Below are positions 19,285 to 28,734 of a stretch of 30,617 nucleotides of DNA, piece after piece. Made by a program: the position numbers and the translations under genes. This DNA is from an uncultured bacterium (GTDB taxonomy: Bacteria > JAJVIF01 > JAPKYR01). The notes below the pieces were generated by a model. It ran no database searches and had not been told where the DNA came from. It worked only from the letters and a program-made list of their open reading frames with translations. The stretch lies in contig CBDURU010000031.1 in assembly GCA_965369865.1 (NCBI GenBank), positions 1 through 30,617 of the forward strand, read 5' to 3'. Positions within the stretch are counted from its first letter, which is position 1, and every line of letters starts with the position of its first letter.

Positions 19285-19377
19285 TGGGTATATATTATAT
19301 CAAACGGCACTCTGATGGAACTACAATTATCTTATTATGGGGTTAGATGTGATATGTGTCCTGGTAAAGTCAGGTTT

Positions 19378-20565
19378 TCAGGTGGCAAAATGAATCTCAT
19401 CACGTTCAGATGTATCTTCCTCATCAGACTGGATTTCTAATTTGTTTGGGCGTTCTTTAAATGAAAACTCTTCAATAACAATACTGCCTCCCCAACCGAC
19501 TGATATTATTACCCAGTCATGAACGAAATTTTGAACGTCGCCCGGTTCCTTGACTGCCTGCCAGGGATCTGCAAACTCCACATCCTCAGGAAAATCCTCA
19601 ATCCAGGGGTTATATTCCGATGCGATGTAACCGGAAGATTCAAGTATCTCCTGTCGGCCTTCAACACCAACCGATGAATTTAAAACACGGCCGTCAAGAT
19701 GATCCAGAAGGAGATCGGCTTCTTCGGGGAGGTTATTTCGATCCGGCATTGGAGTTAAATAGTCCCAGGATGCGGAATTCCTCATTATTCCCTGTCCACT
19801 TGAAACTGATGATCCATAACCATAAATGTAATAACCTACCGGCTCATGGGCATAAATACCGAGATTAAATGCCCTGTCTGAGTCCAGGCCCATATTATTC
19901 ACCCCGAACTGCATAGCATAGTGCCAGTATGCCGGACGGCTGTCATGGAAAATTGGATGGTAATAAAAATTTCCCGGCGCATCGAGATCGGGAATTGGAC
20001 CATCGTCACCAAAGTTATTTGCGATAAAATCAGTCTGTGGTGTGTCCCCCCACCCGAAACCGAGATCGAACATTTTGTTCCCGGATAACCCTCCGTATGG
20101 GAATTCACCGGACAGCCCATCTTTGTTCACTGTGCAAAAGTTAATGCTATTCACCCGCCTGGCGAAAGGATTTTGAGGATATTCGCTCAGGTATCCGTAA
20201 TGAATCAATGGATCCATTGTAAAAAGCATTTTTGTACGATCTGGTCCATCCGGGGCCATGGCGAACGGTGTTACGCTATCTACAGGAAATCTGCTTATTC
20301 CGTTGCCAGACATGTCAATTGAGGCTTGAAGGATGTTGTAATCCCTCTCACCTCCGACAAGAAACAGCGGGTACAGGCCTCCTGTATCAACAGCGTATCG
20401 TTCGCAAGCGATTTGCATAAAGTGAATATTGCTTTTAACTTCAGCCTCACGAGCCTTATCTCTTCCCCTTATGTAATTCGGAAAAAAACATATTACCAGG
20501 ATCGCTAGAATTCCGATGACAACAAGGAATTCTACTATCTTAAAGCCTTTCTCATTTTTTGCCAT
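19378..20565 (-). CDS. Large type IV pilin/pseudopilin-like protein (prepilin N-terminal methylation motif)
   Basis: MAKNEKG|FKIVEFLVVIGILAIL..P followed by AREAEVKSN......ERYAVD.G.YP, a GspG-like helix. Confidence 0.8.
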   Translation of the reverse strand: MAKNEKGFKIVEFLVVIGILAILVICFFPNYIRGRDKAREAEVKSNIHFMQIACERYAVDTGGLYPLFLVGGERDYNILQASIDMSGNGISRFPVDSVTPFAMAPDGPDRTKMLFTMDPLIHYGYLSEYPQNPFARRVNSINFCTVNKDGLSGEFPYGGLSGNKMFDLGFGWGDTPQTDFIANNFGDDGPIPDLDAPGNFYYHPIFHDSRPAYWHYAMQFGVNNMGLDSDRAFNLGIYAHEPVGYYIYGYGSSVSSGQGIMRNSASWDYLTPMPDRNNLPEEADLLLDHLDGRVLNSSVGVEGRQEILESSGYIASEYNPWIEDFPEDVEFADPWQAVKEPGDVQNFVHDWVIISVGWGGSIVIEEFSFKERPNKLEIQSDEEDTSERDEIHFAT

Positions 20566-20826
20566 GTTTTGTCCCTTTTTAAACCTGTCTTATTCCTCAT
20601 TGAGTATTGTGTAAATATTAAGAGAAGAATAATGGATAAAGGTTCGGAAGAATTTAATTAAATAAATGGCATCCCCGCCATTCATGATTAGGGGAAGGTA
20701 TGATATCAAACTTCACTAGCGGTGATTATTTTCGATAAATACTTAAGAAATGTATAAACCGAAGGAATCCAATTTCACAACATGGACTATCCCAGACACT
20801 GCAATTTCGTGATACTATTACTATTA

Positions 20827-21213
20827 ATGAGTAAGTTTGACAGCATATCCGTTTCGATAAAAGAACTTTACCGGAAACTGGCTTTATCCGGCAGGCGTAC
20901 CGCCGCTATCGCCCGTTTGCGCATCGAGCTGTCCGGACTTGACAAGCAGCGGATGGAAATTTACTCGAAACTGGGTGAGCATGTCGACGAGCTTCGCCGG
21001 GTCGGGCAGATAAACGATACCGGGTTGCTGGGACTTCTCGAAGGTGAATTCATGAGCCTTGACAGGGTGAAAATTAAAATCACCGAAACCATGGACACGA
21101 TTCGAAATTTAAATATCGACGAAACTGACCGGGAGGAATCGTCTGAACTCATTACCGATGAGAAGCCGGTCGCGGGTTCACAGAACCTTATTGACAGTTT
21201 TGAGGTCTTATAA
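20827..21213 (+). CDS. Hypothetical coiled-coil protein
   Basis: ORF open from 20782; ATG 20827 follows TGATACTAT (20810-20818); helical heptad character. Confidence 0.65.
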   Translation: MSKFDSISVSIKELYRKLALSGRRTAAIARLRIELSGLDKQRMEIYSKLGEHVDELRRVGQINDTGLLGLLEGEFMSLDRVKIKITETMDTIRNLNIDETDREESSELITDEKPVAGSQNLIDSFEVL

Positions 21214-21270
21214 ATTTGCATTGGCTTCTTGATTTACCTTTCCCAACACCACAGATCGAAATCACACCCC

Positions 21271-23538
21271 ATGAAACGCTATAAGATCATCTCTGAACTC
21301 GGAAAGGGCGCTACTGGTGTAGTGTACCGCGCGATTAAAAATGACGACGGTTCCACTGTCGCTCTCAAAAAACTCGTGCTGCCCGGACATCTCGATATGA
21401 ACGAGGAGCAGGATTTTGTCAGGCGTTTCAAGAGTGAAGCAAGGGCTGCGCTTGCTTTGAAACATCCCGGAATTGTCGGCGCTCTCGATTGCGGCCTGGA
21501 TGAGGGCACGTTTTTTATTGCGTACGAATTGATCGAGGGTGTGACCATACAGGACGCGATCAAGTCCGAGAGGGAATTTGCTCCGGAGGAGGTTGCCGAT
21601 TTAATTATTCAAACCGCCGACGCTCTTTCTTATGCCCACCGGGAGGGAGTCGTGCATCGCGACATTTCTCCGGGGAATATTTTTCTCACAGATGACGGGA
21701 AAATCAGAATCGCGGATTTTGGGGTCGCCGGGTTTACCTCAAGTACGGCCACCACGTCTGATTTAGGGTCGATTGTCGGCACGCCGGGATTCATGGCGCC
21801 CGAACAGATCACCGGAGGAGAAGCCGATCCGAGGAGCGATATTTTTTCAATCGGCTGTATCGCGTATGAACTCCTGTCGGGTAAACAGGCTTTCAACGCC
21901 GATAACCTCGCGCAGATTATCCATCGTGTAATCAACGAACAGCCTGGACCAATAAGGGAATTAAACCCGAAAGTGCCGGTGTCCCTTGAGGAACTTGTTT
22001 TCAGGATGCTCGCAAAAAATCCTGAATACCGGTACCAGTCAATGGACGAGGTTATAACCGCAGCCACGAGAGTTCTGGAGGAAATGCCGAGATCCCGTAA
22101 AACCGACCGGATGGCTGAAGCGGGACATGCCCCGATACTTGTCGGTGTTGCCGGTGCGCTTGAAGGGCAACAATTCATACTGCAGCCGACAGTCACAACG
22201 ATCGGGAAAAGGGTAGGCGATATTCTCCTCGCCGATGAGGAAAATGTCGCACCCCAGCATGCATGGATTACAAAGGAAGAGTCGGGATGGGTTCTATACG
22301 ATGCCGATACCGATGGGGGGACGTTCCTGAACGGTGAACGTATCGAGCGTGAAGAAATTCTCCCCGGCGATAAGATCCGGATCGGGACATCGGTTCTTGA
22401 ATTTCGTGGCGCAGGCGGACATACCGGATCGTTCCAGGAAACTGAGATCACCCTCGCTCCGGAAATAAAAATTACACCACCGAAGAAAATACCCTGGCTC
22501 GCGATTGTACTTATAACAATTCCGGGAATTTTTATAATCGCCGCATTTATTTTCTCAGGCCTTTATCTGCCTTACCAGCATAAATCGGCTTTAAATCAGG
22601 CCACAAACCAACGATGGGATTCGGCATTTTCAAAGCTTGATGTGACGGTAATCGGAAGCTCCGATTGGGTTCTGGACGCATCGGATATACTTTACGAATG
22701 GCAGGCAGACCCCCTTGGCGGTGAAATGGGCGCGAGTGAGGAACTTTCGGGCGGACCATCCGAATTCACTGCGTCCACGTGGGTACTGGGATATAAAAAA
22801 TTCAATGACGAAACCCTGTACAGGTTTCACCTGTTCCAGTTGACCGAAGAATTCTTACTGGCCGCCACTAGTCCGATTGACACATCCGGCGATCAGGACA
22901 CATCGGGTCCGGTACCTGTAAGTCCTTCGTACCAGGTCATCAGGGGGCTTGAACCCCGGATTGAGGGAATTCAAACCCCGTCGGGAATCGATGCAAAATG
23001 GGCGGGTCGAAAGAACCAGCTATTGAGTGTTGTGAGAAGGTGGATCGCGGCTTCCGGATCGGGAATCACTTCGCCTGACGACACGGGTCCAAGCGGATAC
23101 CAGGCGGAAAGGGATGCCGCGCTGGATGCAATTTTAAGCGGGTGGTATACATATCTGGAACCCGGTAATGATATAATCCTGCTGGACGCGGCGTTTATGG
23201 ATTTCCAGAGTTGTATCCAGTCGCTGGATATCGTTTTAAATGCGAACCCCGGAGAGCAGGACGCGTCGGCTGTTCGGGGACTGGCGTACTTTCTTGGTGC
23301 TAGGATTTTACGGGCCGCCGGCGACCGGTTGGGGCCGGACAGGTACAACCGGGCGTTGAACTGGCTGGACTCGGCGGATTCCGATATCGGGTTTGTGTCC
23401 CTGAGTGCGTGGGACAGGGCGATTCCGGAGGATTTCCAGTCGGAGTTCCCGTCCCCGAATTCCGTCATCGCCCAGATACGTGCCCTGAGGTTGACACTTC
23501 AAAACCTGCTGTCGGGCCCAAACTCCGGGGGGGGATAA
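21271..23538 (+). CDS. Hanks-type Ser/Thr protein kinase with FHA-like domain, TM helix and extracytoplasmic helical domain
   Basis: LGKGATGVVY, VALKK, HRDISPGN, DFG, GTPGFMAPEQ, SDIFS; then TTIGK..D....V..QHA.I...GTFLNG...GD.IRIG (FHA fold); TM helix WLAIVLITIPGIFIIAAFIF. Confidence 0.92.
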   Translation: MKRYKIISELGKGATGVVYRAIKNDDGSTVALKKLVLPGHLDMNEEQDFVRRFKSEARAALALKHPGIVGALDCGLDEGTFFIAYELIEGVTIQDAIKSEREFAPEEVADLIIQTADALSYAHREGVVHRDISPGNIFLTDDGKIRIADFGVAGFTSSTATTSDLGSIVGTPGFMAPEQITGGEADPRSDIFSIGCIAYELLSGKQAFNADNLAQIIHRVINEQPGPIRELNPKVPVSLEELVFRMLAKNPEYRYQSMDEVITAATRVLEEMPRSRKTDRMAEAGHAPILVGVAGALEGQQFILQPTVTTIGKRVGDILLADEENVAPQHAWITKEESGWVLYDADTDGGTFLNGERIEREEILPGDKIRIGTSVLEFRGAGGHTGSFQETEITLAPEIKITPPKKIPWLAIVLITIPGIFIIAAFIFSGLYLPYQHKSALNQATNQRWDSAFSKLDVTVIGSSDWVLDASDILYEWQADPLGGEMGASEELSGGPSEFTASTWVLGYKKFNDETLYRFHLFQLTEEFLLAATSPIDTSGDQDTSGPVPVSPSYQVIRGLEPRIEGIQTPSGIDAKWAGRKNQLLSVVRRWIAASGSGITSPDDTGPSGYQAERDAALDAILSGWYTYLEPGNDIILLDAAFMDFQSCIQSLDIVLNANPGEQDASAVRGLAYFLGARILRAAGDRLGPDRYNRALNWLDSADSDIGFVSLSAWDRAIPEDFQSEFPSPNSVIAQIRALRLTLQNLLSGPNSGGG

Positions 23539-23551
23539 CTGAGACAGGATT

Positions 23552-24169
23552 ATGACTTTCGGCGACAAATATATGCCCCTTATCTTCTGGATACTCGTGG
23601 TTGCCTTAGCCACCTGGGGTAGCTGGGTAATTGTTACCGGTCATGAAAAGGTTATTGAGAATATTATTCCCACAACAAATGAACCTGTCGATGAGATACC
23701 GCCGGCAGTTGTCGATCAACCGATCTTGGAGGAGGTTTCCGCCGACGGCGCGGTTAGATGGACTTTGTATCTCGATCAAATCGTGCGCGAGGAAGGCTCG
23801 GTCATGGAACTTGCTCAGCCGAGAGCGATATACAGGTTCCGGTCCGGTGAAGTGCTTGAGGTCACGGGCCGGACGGGGCAATACGATGAGGAATCCGGTA
23901 TTCTGAATTTATCCGGTGATGTAACGGGAACTGCCCGGAAATCGATGTTCGAATTCGAGGTCGATGAGATGGTGTGGGATTCGGGCAAAGGTTTGCTGAC
24001 AGCATCCGGTGGAGTGACTATTACACGCGAGGGTCTCGAGTTTACCGGAACCGACCTGATGCTGGATATGGCCGAAGAATTTACAAAGCTGTCTGTTACG
24101 GGCGGCGTTAACATAAGTTCCTTTGGTGGATTCCTCGATGAAATTAACGTGCTTGAGGATGCATCGTAA
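23552..24169 (+). CDS. lptC: LptC-like LPS export periplasmic protein
   Basis: Single N-terminal TM helix plus beta-jellyroll pattern (G..RWTL, G.YD.....L.L.GDV, M.WDS..G.LTA.GGV.ITR); lies next to the heptose kinase gene. Confidence 0.6.
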   Translation: MTFGDKYMPLIFWILVVALATWGSWVIVTGHEKVIENIIPTTNEPVDEIPPAVVDQPILEEVSADGAVRWTLYLDQIVREEGSVMELAQPRAIYRFRSGEVLEVTGRTGQYDEESGILNLSGDVTGTARKSMFEFEVDEMVWDSGKGLLTASGGVTITREGLEFTGTDLMLDMAEEFTKLSVTGGVNISSFGGFLDEINVLEDAS

Positions 24170-24185
24170 GGATAAGTTCATTCTC

Positions 24186-24350
24186 AACAAGGGACGCCTT
24201 TCCACTCTTCCGGAGTGGAACACCTTAACAAGGGACGCCTTTCCACTCTTCCAGAGTTGAAGGTGTCCCTGGGAAGCTGAGATAATTTCATTAACAAGGG
24301 ACGCCTTTCCACTCTTCCAGAGTTGAAGGTGTCCCTGGGAAGAGATAATT
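24186..24350. repeat. Tandem hairpin repeat, family D (AGGGACGCCTTTCCACTC-TTCCA-GAGTTGAAGGTGTCCCT); 2 full copies and 1 truncated copy
   Basis: Copies start at 24186, 24227 and 24293; 24227-24276 and 24293-24342 are identical. Confidence 0.9.
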
Positions 24351-24355
24351 TCCCT

Positions 24356-25300
24356 ATGCCATCAAAATACGAACAAATCGACTTCTCGAAAATCAAACTG
24401 AACTCCATCCATAACCGCGACAGCCTTGTCAAAATTCAGGATTTCCGCGACCCTGTAAAACTCACCGCAAAACAGGCGGATGATTTACTCGATTCATTCC
24501 CGCCAATCTTAGCCGGGAATGAATTCAGGGCGCTTGTCGCCAGCTTGAAAAAATGTCGCGACGAGGGCACGCCGCGAATCTGGACAATGGGCGCGCATGG
24601 AATCAAGGTCGGGGTATCGAGATTCCTCATAAAACTGATGGAAGCCGGGTTCATCACTCATCTCGCCACAAATGGCGCAGTAGTTATCCATGATACCGAG
24701 ATCGCCTGTTTCGGACATACATCGGAGGATGTATCCGGCACTATTCAAGGAGGGGATTTCGCGGTCACTAAGGAAACCGGAGATATCATTAACAAGGCAT
24801 TATCACGCGCGATAGTTGAAGAACTCGGATTCGGTGAAGCTATCGGTGAAGATATCCTGAAAATAAACCCGGAATTTATTGACTCGTGTCTGGCAGTTGC
24901 GTGCTACAGGATGGAAATCCCGTTTACTGTCCACGTCGCGATCGGGACCGATGTGAATCATATCCATCCGTCTCTCGATGGGGCCGCGCTTGGCGACGCG
25001 ACGTTCCGTGATTTTAAAATTGTCGCGAAGAGCATTTCGAAACTTCAGGGTGGGGTAATTGTAAACATGGGAAGCGCGGTGATCCTTCCGGTCGTGATCG
25101 AAAAAGCCATTGCCGCTTCGCAGAACATGGGATATGAACTCCGGAATTTCGATGGATTCGATCTTGATTTTATCAGGCAGTACCGTTCAAACCTTAACCC
25201 GGTCAGGCGCGCGATCGAATCGGGCGGGCACGGCGGGCATATTACAGGGCATCATGAATTGACAATTCCATTGCTTACAGCCATTCTTCTTGCTGAATAA
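24356..25300 (+). CDS. Conserved hypothetical protein with deoxyhypusine-synthase-like N-terminal motifs
   Basis: MGAHGIKVG.S..LI.LME.G.ITHLATNGA..IHD, TVHVAIGTD..H.HP, GSAVILP, GHHE; ATG lies just after the family D repeat. Confidence 0.65.
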   Translation: MPSKYEQIDFSKIKLNSIHNRDSLVKIQDFRDPVKLTAKQADDLLDSFPPILAGNEFRALVASLKKCRDEGTPRIWTMGAHGIKVGVSRFLIKLMEAGFITHLATNGAVVIHDTEIACFGHTSEDVSGTIQGGDFAVTKETGDIINKALSRAIVEELGFGEAIGEDILKINPEFIDSCLAVACYRMEIPFTVHVAIGTDVNHIHPSLDGAALGDATFRDFKIVAKSISKLQGGVIVNMGSAVILPVVIEKAIAASQNMGYELRNFDGFDLDFIRQYRSNLNPVRRAIESGGHGGHITGHHELTIPLLTAILLAE

Positions 25301-25303
25301 CTG

Positions 25304-26296
25304 GTGACGAATATGACATCCGGTTCGGAACTCGAAAAAACTGTTACAAATCTTGCTGGCGCGAAAGTACTCGTGGTCGGCGATCTCATGCTGGATACGT
25401 ACATGGTTGGCGACGCTGCGAGGATAAGTCCCGAGGCTCCGGTACCTGTTATTCAATTGGCATGGGTGGAAGACCGTCCCGGTGGAGCGGCTAACACGGC
25501 GATGAACATCTCAGCACTGGGCGGCGAACCCGTAATACTTGGCGCGATAGGTTCGGATGATGCGGGTCACAGGTTCATGGATATTCTGGCCTCGAATGGT
25601 TTTAACGATGAGGGGATATTTGTACACCATGATATCAGTACGATAAGGAAAACAAGGGTGGTCGCGGGAACTCAGCAGATAGTCAGGATCGATGATGAGG
25701 AGGTTTTTAACTGGCAGAAAGACCTTGTTGAGACGGTGTTCGAATCTGTTGAAAGAATGGTTCCTGAGGTAGATGCGATCGCGGTGTCAGATTATGCTAA
25801 AGGGTTTCTGACCGGGAAACTGATGACAAAATTGAACGACACCGCACGTATGCATAACGTCCCGATTCTGGTCGATCCAAAGCCCGTGAATGCCGTGTTG
25901 TTTAAAGGCTGCGATCTCCTTAAACCGAATAAAAAAGAAGCCTCGGAACTTTCCGGTATTGAAATCCTCGATGATGCTTCCTGTAATAAGGCGGCGGCCA
26001 TTATTATGAACGAATTTTCTCCAAGGGCGTTATTGATTACGAGAGGGTCGGATGGGATGGATCTATACAGGATTAAGCAGGAAACTGTCAGGATCAAGGC
26101 GCATATCAGCCAGGTATTCGATGTATCTGGCGCCGGCGATACTGTGCTCGCCATGCTCGCCATGGCATTCGCGAAAAAAGTCGATCCGGAAATCGCCTGC
26201 GAACTTGCATCCTACGCCGCCGGGATCGCCGTCAGGAAACCGGGCACTTCGGTTGTTACAGCGGATGAAGTTATTAAAACGATCTCGATGTCCTGA
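25304..26296 (+). CDS. rfaE1: D-glycero-beta-D-manno-heptose-7-phosphate kinase (HldE kinase domain, stand-alone)
   Basis: VGDLMLD.Y..G...RISPEAPVPV, GGAAN, KTRV, QQIVRID, SDYAKG, VDPK, KPN..EA, VFDVSGAGDTV. Confidence 0.93.
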   Translation: MTNMTSGSELEKTVTNLAGAKVLVVGDLMLDTYMVGDAARISPEAPVPVIQLAWVEDRPGGAANTAMNISALGGEPVILGAIGSDDAGHRFMDILASNGFNDEGIFVHHDISTIRKTRVVAGTQQIVRIDDEEVFNWQKDLVETVFESVERMVPEVDAIAVSDYAKGFLTGKLMTKLNDTARMHNVPILVDPKPVNAVLFKGCDLLKPNKKEASELSGIEILDDASCNKAAAIIMNEFSPRALLITRGSDGMDLYRIKQETVRIKAHISQVFDVSGAGDTVLAMLAMAFAKKVDPEIACELASYAAGIAVRKPGTSVVTADEVIKTISMS

Positions 26297-26419
26297 CCGT
26301 TTCTATTTCTAAATACAGAATTTTCAATTTATACTTATCTCTTTTGGCTCCATTAACCTATAATGTTATTCTGACAGCGGTTGATTCATAGAACGGGTCA
26401 ACTTGCTTCTGAAAAAAAC

Positions 26420-27745
26420 ATGGGCTCAACCAGCGGGATATTTATTATCGTTACGATTCTGGTTTCAGGATTTGTCGCCTGGGCAGGAGATACGCTTGGA
26501 CGTGTCCTCGGCAAACGCCGGATCGCGTTGTTCGGCATGCGTCCCAGAAAAACGTCGGTGCTCATCGCGGTTTGCACCGGCATGATTATTACCGCCTTGA
26601 CGATCACGGCGCTGGCTGTCGCATCCGATAATGTCCGTGAAATGCTTTTCAGAATGGATGAGCTGAAGAGTGAACTGGATGATAAACGCGTGGCGGTAGA
26701 TGCTATGGCTGGAATAATCGACGAAGGGCAGGCGACTATACAGCTTCAGCAGGACGCGATTAACACCGGGATTGAACAGATAAATGACCTTTCATACCAA
26801 CTCTCATCGTACGAAGGGGATGTCGAGGCACTTGAAGTAAAAATCGGCGCTCTGAGTGATGAGATTAATTCTCTCGAAATTGAAAAAGATGACCTGATTG
26901 AGGAAAACGAAACACTGATAGCCGGGCATGAAGAATCGAAAGCTGAATTTGAAGCCGAGATTGCGACCCTCAATATTGAAATCACCGACCGCGAGGCCAG
27001 GGTCGCCGGCCTTAACCGGCAGATCGAATCGAAAAATGATCTTATCGCGTCGCTGGGTTTACTTATTCAGGAACTGGACCGGGAAATTGCGGTCCGCACG
27101 CTCGGGGATATCAAGGTGTTCGAGGGCCAGCAGCTTGGTGTTGTGTTAATCGAATCGAGTTTAAACCAGGCGACAATTTACGACCTTCTCAGGGGATGGC
27201 TGGGTACGATTCCCATGACCTACATGGACGCCGAATCCGGTCAGCTTGTGCTTTCGCAGAATTTAATAGAGGCTACCTCGGAAGAATATTACGAAGCGAT
27301 GCAGGAGATCCGCGATACATCGAGTGAGAAGGCTGTCGTGATTGCGCTTTCGATGGAAAATGTTGTCGATGACCAGCCTGTTCCCGTGCGGTTCGAGGTT
27401 TCCAGGCACCGGCAGCTCTACTCCAGCGGGACGAGGATCTATTCGAATACATACGAGGAACCCATTGGCGCGATCGACCCGTACCGTGCGGTGTCGGCCC
27501 GGTTTTTTGAGGACGCCAGAGATTATTTAATTAACGATCGCGGGCTGGTTCCATCGACAGCAAATGAGATCATGCAGTTTACGATCGACGACCTCTTGAA
27601 TTTGTCTCAGGAACTGGCAATTACAGGATTCCCGGTCATTTTGAGGATGGTCGCGTTGACGGATATTTACGTTACCGATTTTCTTGTTTACGGAGAGCAG
27701 TTTACTATTACAATTGAAACCGCGGTGGAGTCGGATCCGGATTGA
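26420..27745 (+). CDS. DUF3084-family membrane-anchored coiled-coil protein
   Basis: SG.VAWAGD.LGR.LGKRR..LFG.RPR.T.......TG N-terminus with two TM helices, then a long acidic coiled coil (ORF open from 26381). Confidence 0.8.
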   Translation: MGSTSGIFIIVTILVSGFVAWAGDTLGRVLGKRRIALFGMRPRKTSVLIAVCTGMIITALTITALAVASDNVREMLFRMDELKSELDDKRVAVDAMAGIIDEGQATIQLQQDAINTGIEQINDLSYQLSSYEGDVEALEVKIGALSDEINSLEIEKDDLIEENETLIAGHEESKAEFEAEIATLNIEITDREARVAGLNRQIESKNDLIASLGLLIQELDREIAVRTLGDIKVFEGQQLGVVLIESSLNQATIYDLLRGWLGTIPMTYMDAESGQLVLSQNLIEATSEEYYEAMQEIRDTSSEKAVVIALSMENVVDDQPVPVRFEVSRHRQLYSSGTRIYSNTYEEPIGAIDPYRAVSARFFEDARDYLINDRGLVPSTANEIMQFTIDDLLNLSQELAITGFPVILRMVALTDIYVTDFLVYGEQFTITIETAVESDPD

Positions 27746-27761
27746 ATTCTGGAGGAAACCA

Positions 27762-28664
27762 ATGAAAAGAGTACTCAGTGTCAGTATTGGATCGAGTAAG
27801 CGCGACAAAACATATGTCGGCGAATTTCTCGGCGAGGAAGTCGAGGTCGCGCGGCAGGGCACCGATGGCGATATGGCAAAAGCAGGGGAGATCATCAGGG
27901 AACTCGATGGAAAAATAGACTGCTTCGGGATCGGCGGTACCGATATCTACCTCTGGAGCTCGACCCGAAAGTACAGGATCAAGGACGCGTGGAATATCGC
28001 GAAAAATGCGAAGAAAAGCCCGGTGGTCGACGGCGGCGAGATCAAGCACACGCTCGAACGCCAGGTGATACGCGATCTGAAAAATGTGCACGGATTAATC
28101 AAGGAAGGCGATCCGGCGCTTCTCGTGAGCGGCGTTGACCGTATCGGAATGGCGGAAGCGCTCGATGAGATCGGCTGCGACACGATCTATGGCGATCTCA
28201 TGTTCGCCCTGAAAATCAATAAACCGATTCGTTCGCTTAAAGAACTTAACAGGGTGGCGGCGATGCTTCTTCCGATCATGACAAAGCTTCCATTCTCATG
28301 GATCTATCCCACCGGTAAAAAGCAGGATGTGATGAAGCCCAGATTTCCGGAGCAGTTCGAGAGGGCGAAAGTTGTCGCGGGCGATTTCCACTACATTCGT
28401 AAATACATGCCCGAAGACATGGGTGGAAAAATCATCATCACCAACACGACGACAAAAGAGGATGTCGAGATTCTCAAACAACGCGGCGTGAAAACTCTCG
28501 TCACGACCACCCCACGCATGGGCGATCGGAGTTTCGGCACAAACGTCCTGCAATCTCTCATAGTTGCCCTCTCCGGCATGCACCCCGACAACATGACCTG
28601 GGACGACTATCTGGTGTTTATTAAGAAGATGGATTTGAAGCCGAGTATAGAGGATTTGAATTAG
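27762..28664 (+). CDS. Conserved hypothetical protein (family often labelled 'quinate 5-dehydrogenase'; function unverified)
   Basis: GGAGG RBS; MKRVLSVSIGSSKRD, GTDGD, G.GG.D, VDG..IK.TLER, GDLMFAL, YPTG, GDFHYI, TTTP....RSFGTNV. Confidence 0.7.
   Translation: MKRVLSVSIGSSKRDKTYVGEFLGEEVEVARQGTDGDMAKAGEIIRELDGKIDCFGIGGTDIYLWSSTRKYRIKDAWNIAKNAKKSPVVDGGEIKHTLERQVIRDLKNVHGLIKEGDPALLVSGVDRIGMAEALDEIGCDTIYGDLMFALKINKPIRSLKELNRVAAMLLPIMTKLPFSWIYPTGKKQDVMKPRFPEQFERAKVVAGDFHYIRKYMPEDMGGKIIITNTTTKEDVEILKQRGVKTLVTTTPRMGDRSFGTNVLQSLIVALSGMHPDNMTWDDYLVFIKKMDLKPSIEDLN
28608..28664 (+). repeat. 57-bp direct repeat, copy 1 (last 18 codons plus stop of the 27762-28664 gene)
   Basis: 51/57 identical to 29367-29423. 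Confidence 0.92.
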
Positions 28665-28692
28665 GGATCAGGTAGGCCAGGGTCACATATTT

Positions 28693-28718
28693 CCGTAGAA
28701 CAGCACGGCAGTGCGTCT
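28693..28718. repeat. Single family A REP-like palindrome directly upstream of the TA genes
   Basis: CCGTAGAACAGCACGGCAGTGCGTCT is the reverse complement of the core of the repeat at 1-136. Confidence 0.9.
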
Positions 28719-28734
28719 GGATAGGAGTGGATCG

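Noticed and set aside
21652..21678. Dead kinase, because the catalytic loop reads HRDISPGN rather than HRDIKPxN
   Set aside because: The catalytic Asp, Asn, VAxK Lys and DFG are intact, and HRDxSPxN variants are common in bacterial Hanks kinases
24186..24350. Mini-CRISPR, or N-terminal extension of the 24323 ORF
   Set aside because: Intervals between copies are short and similar rather than unique spacers; the upstream TTG start lies inside the repeat, so ATG 24356 is preferred
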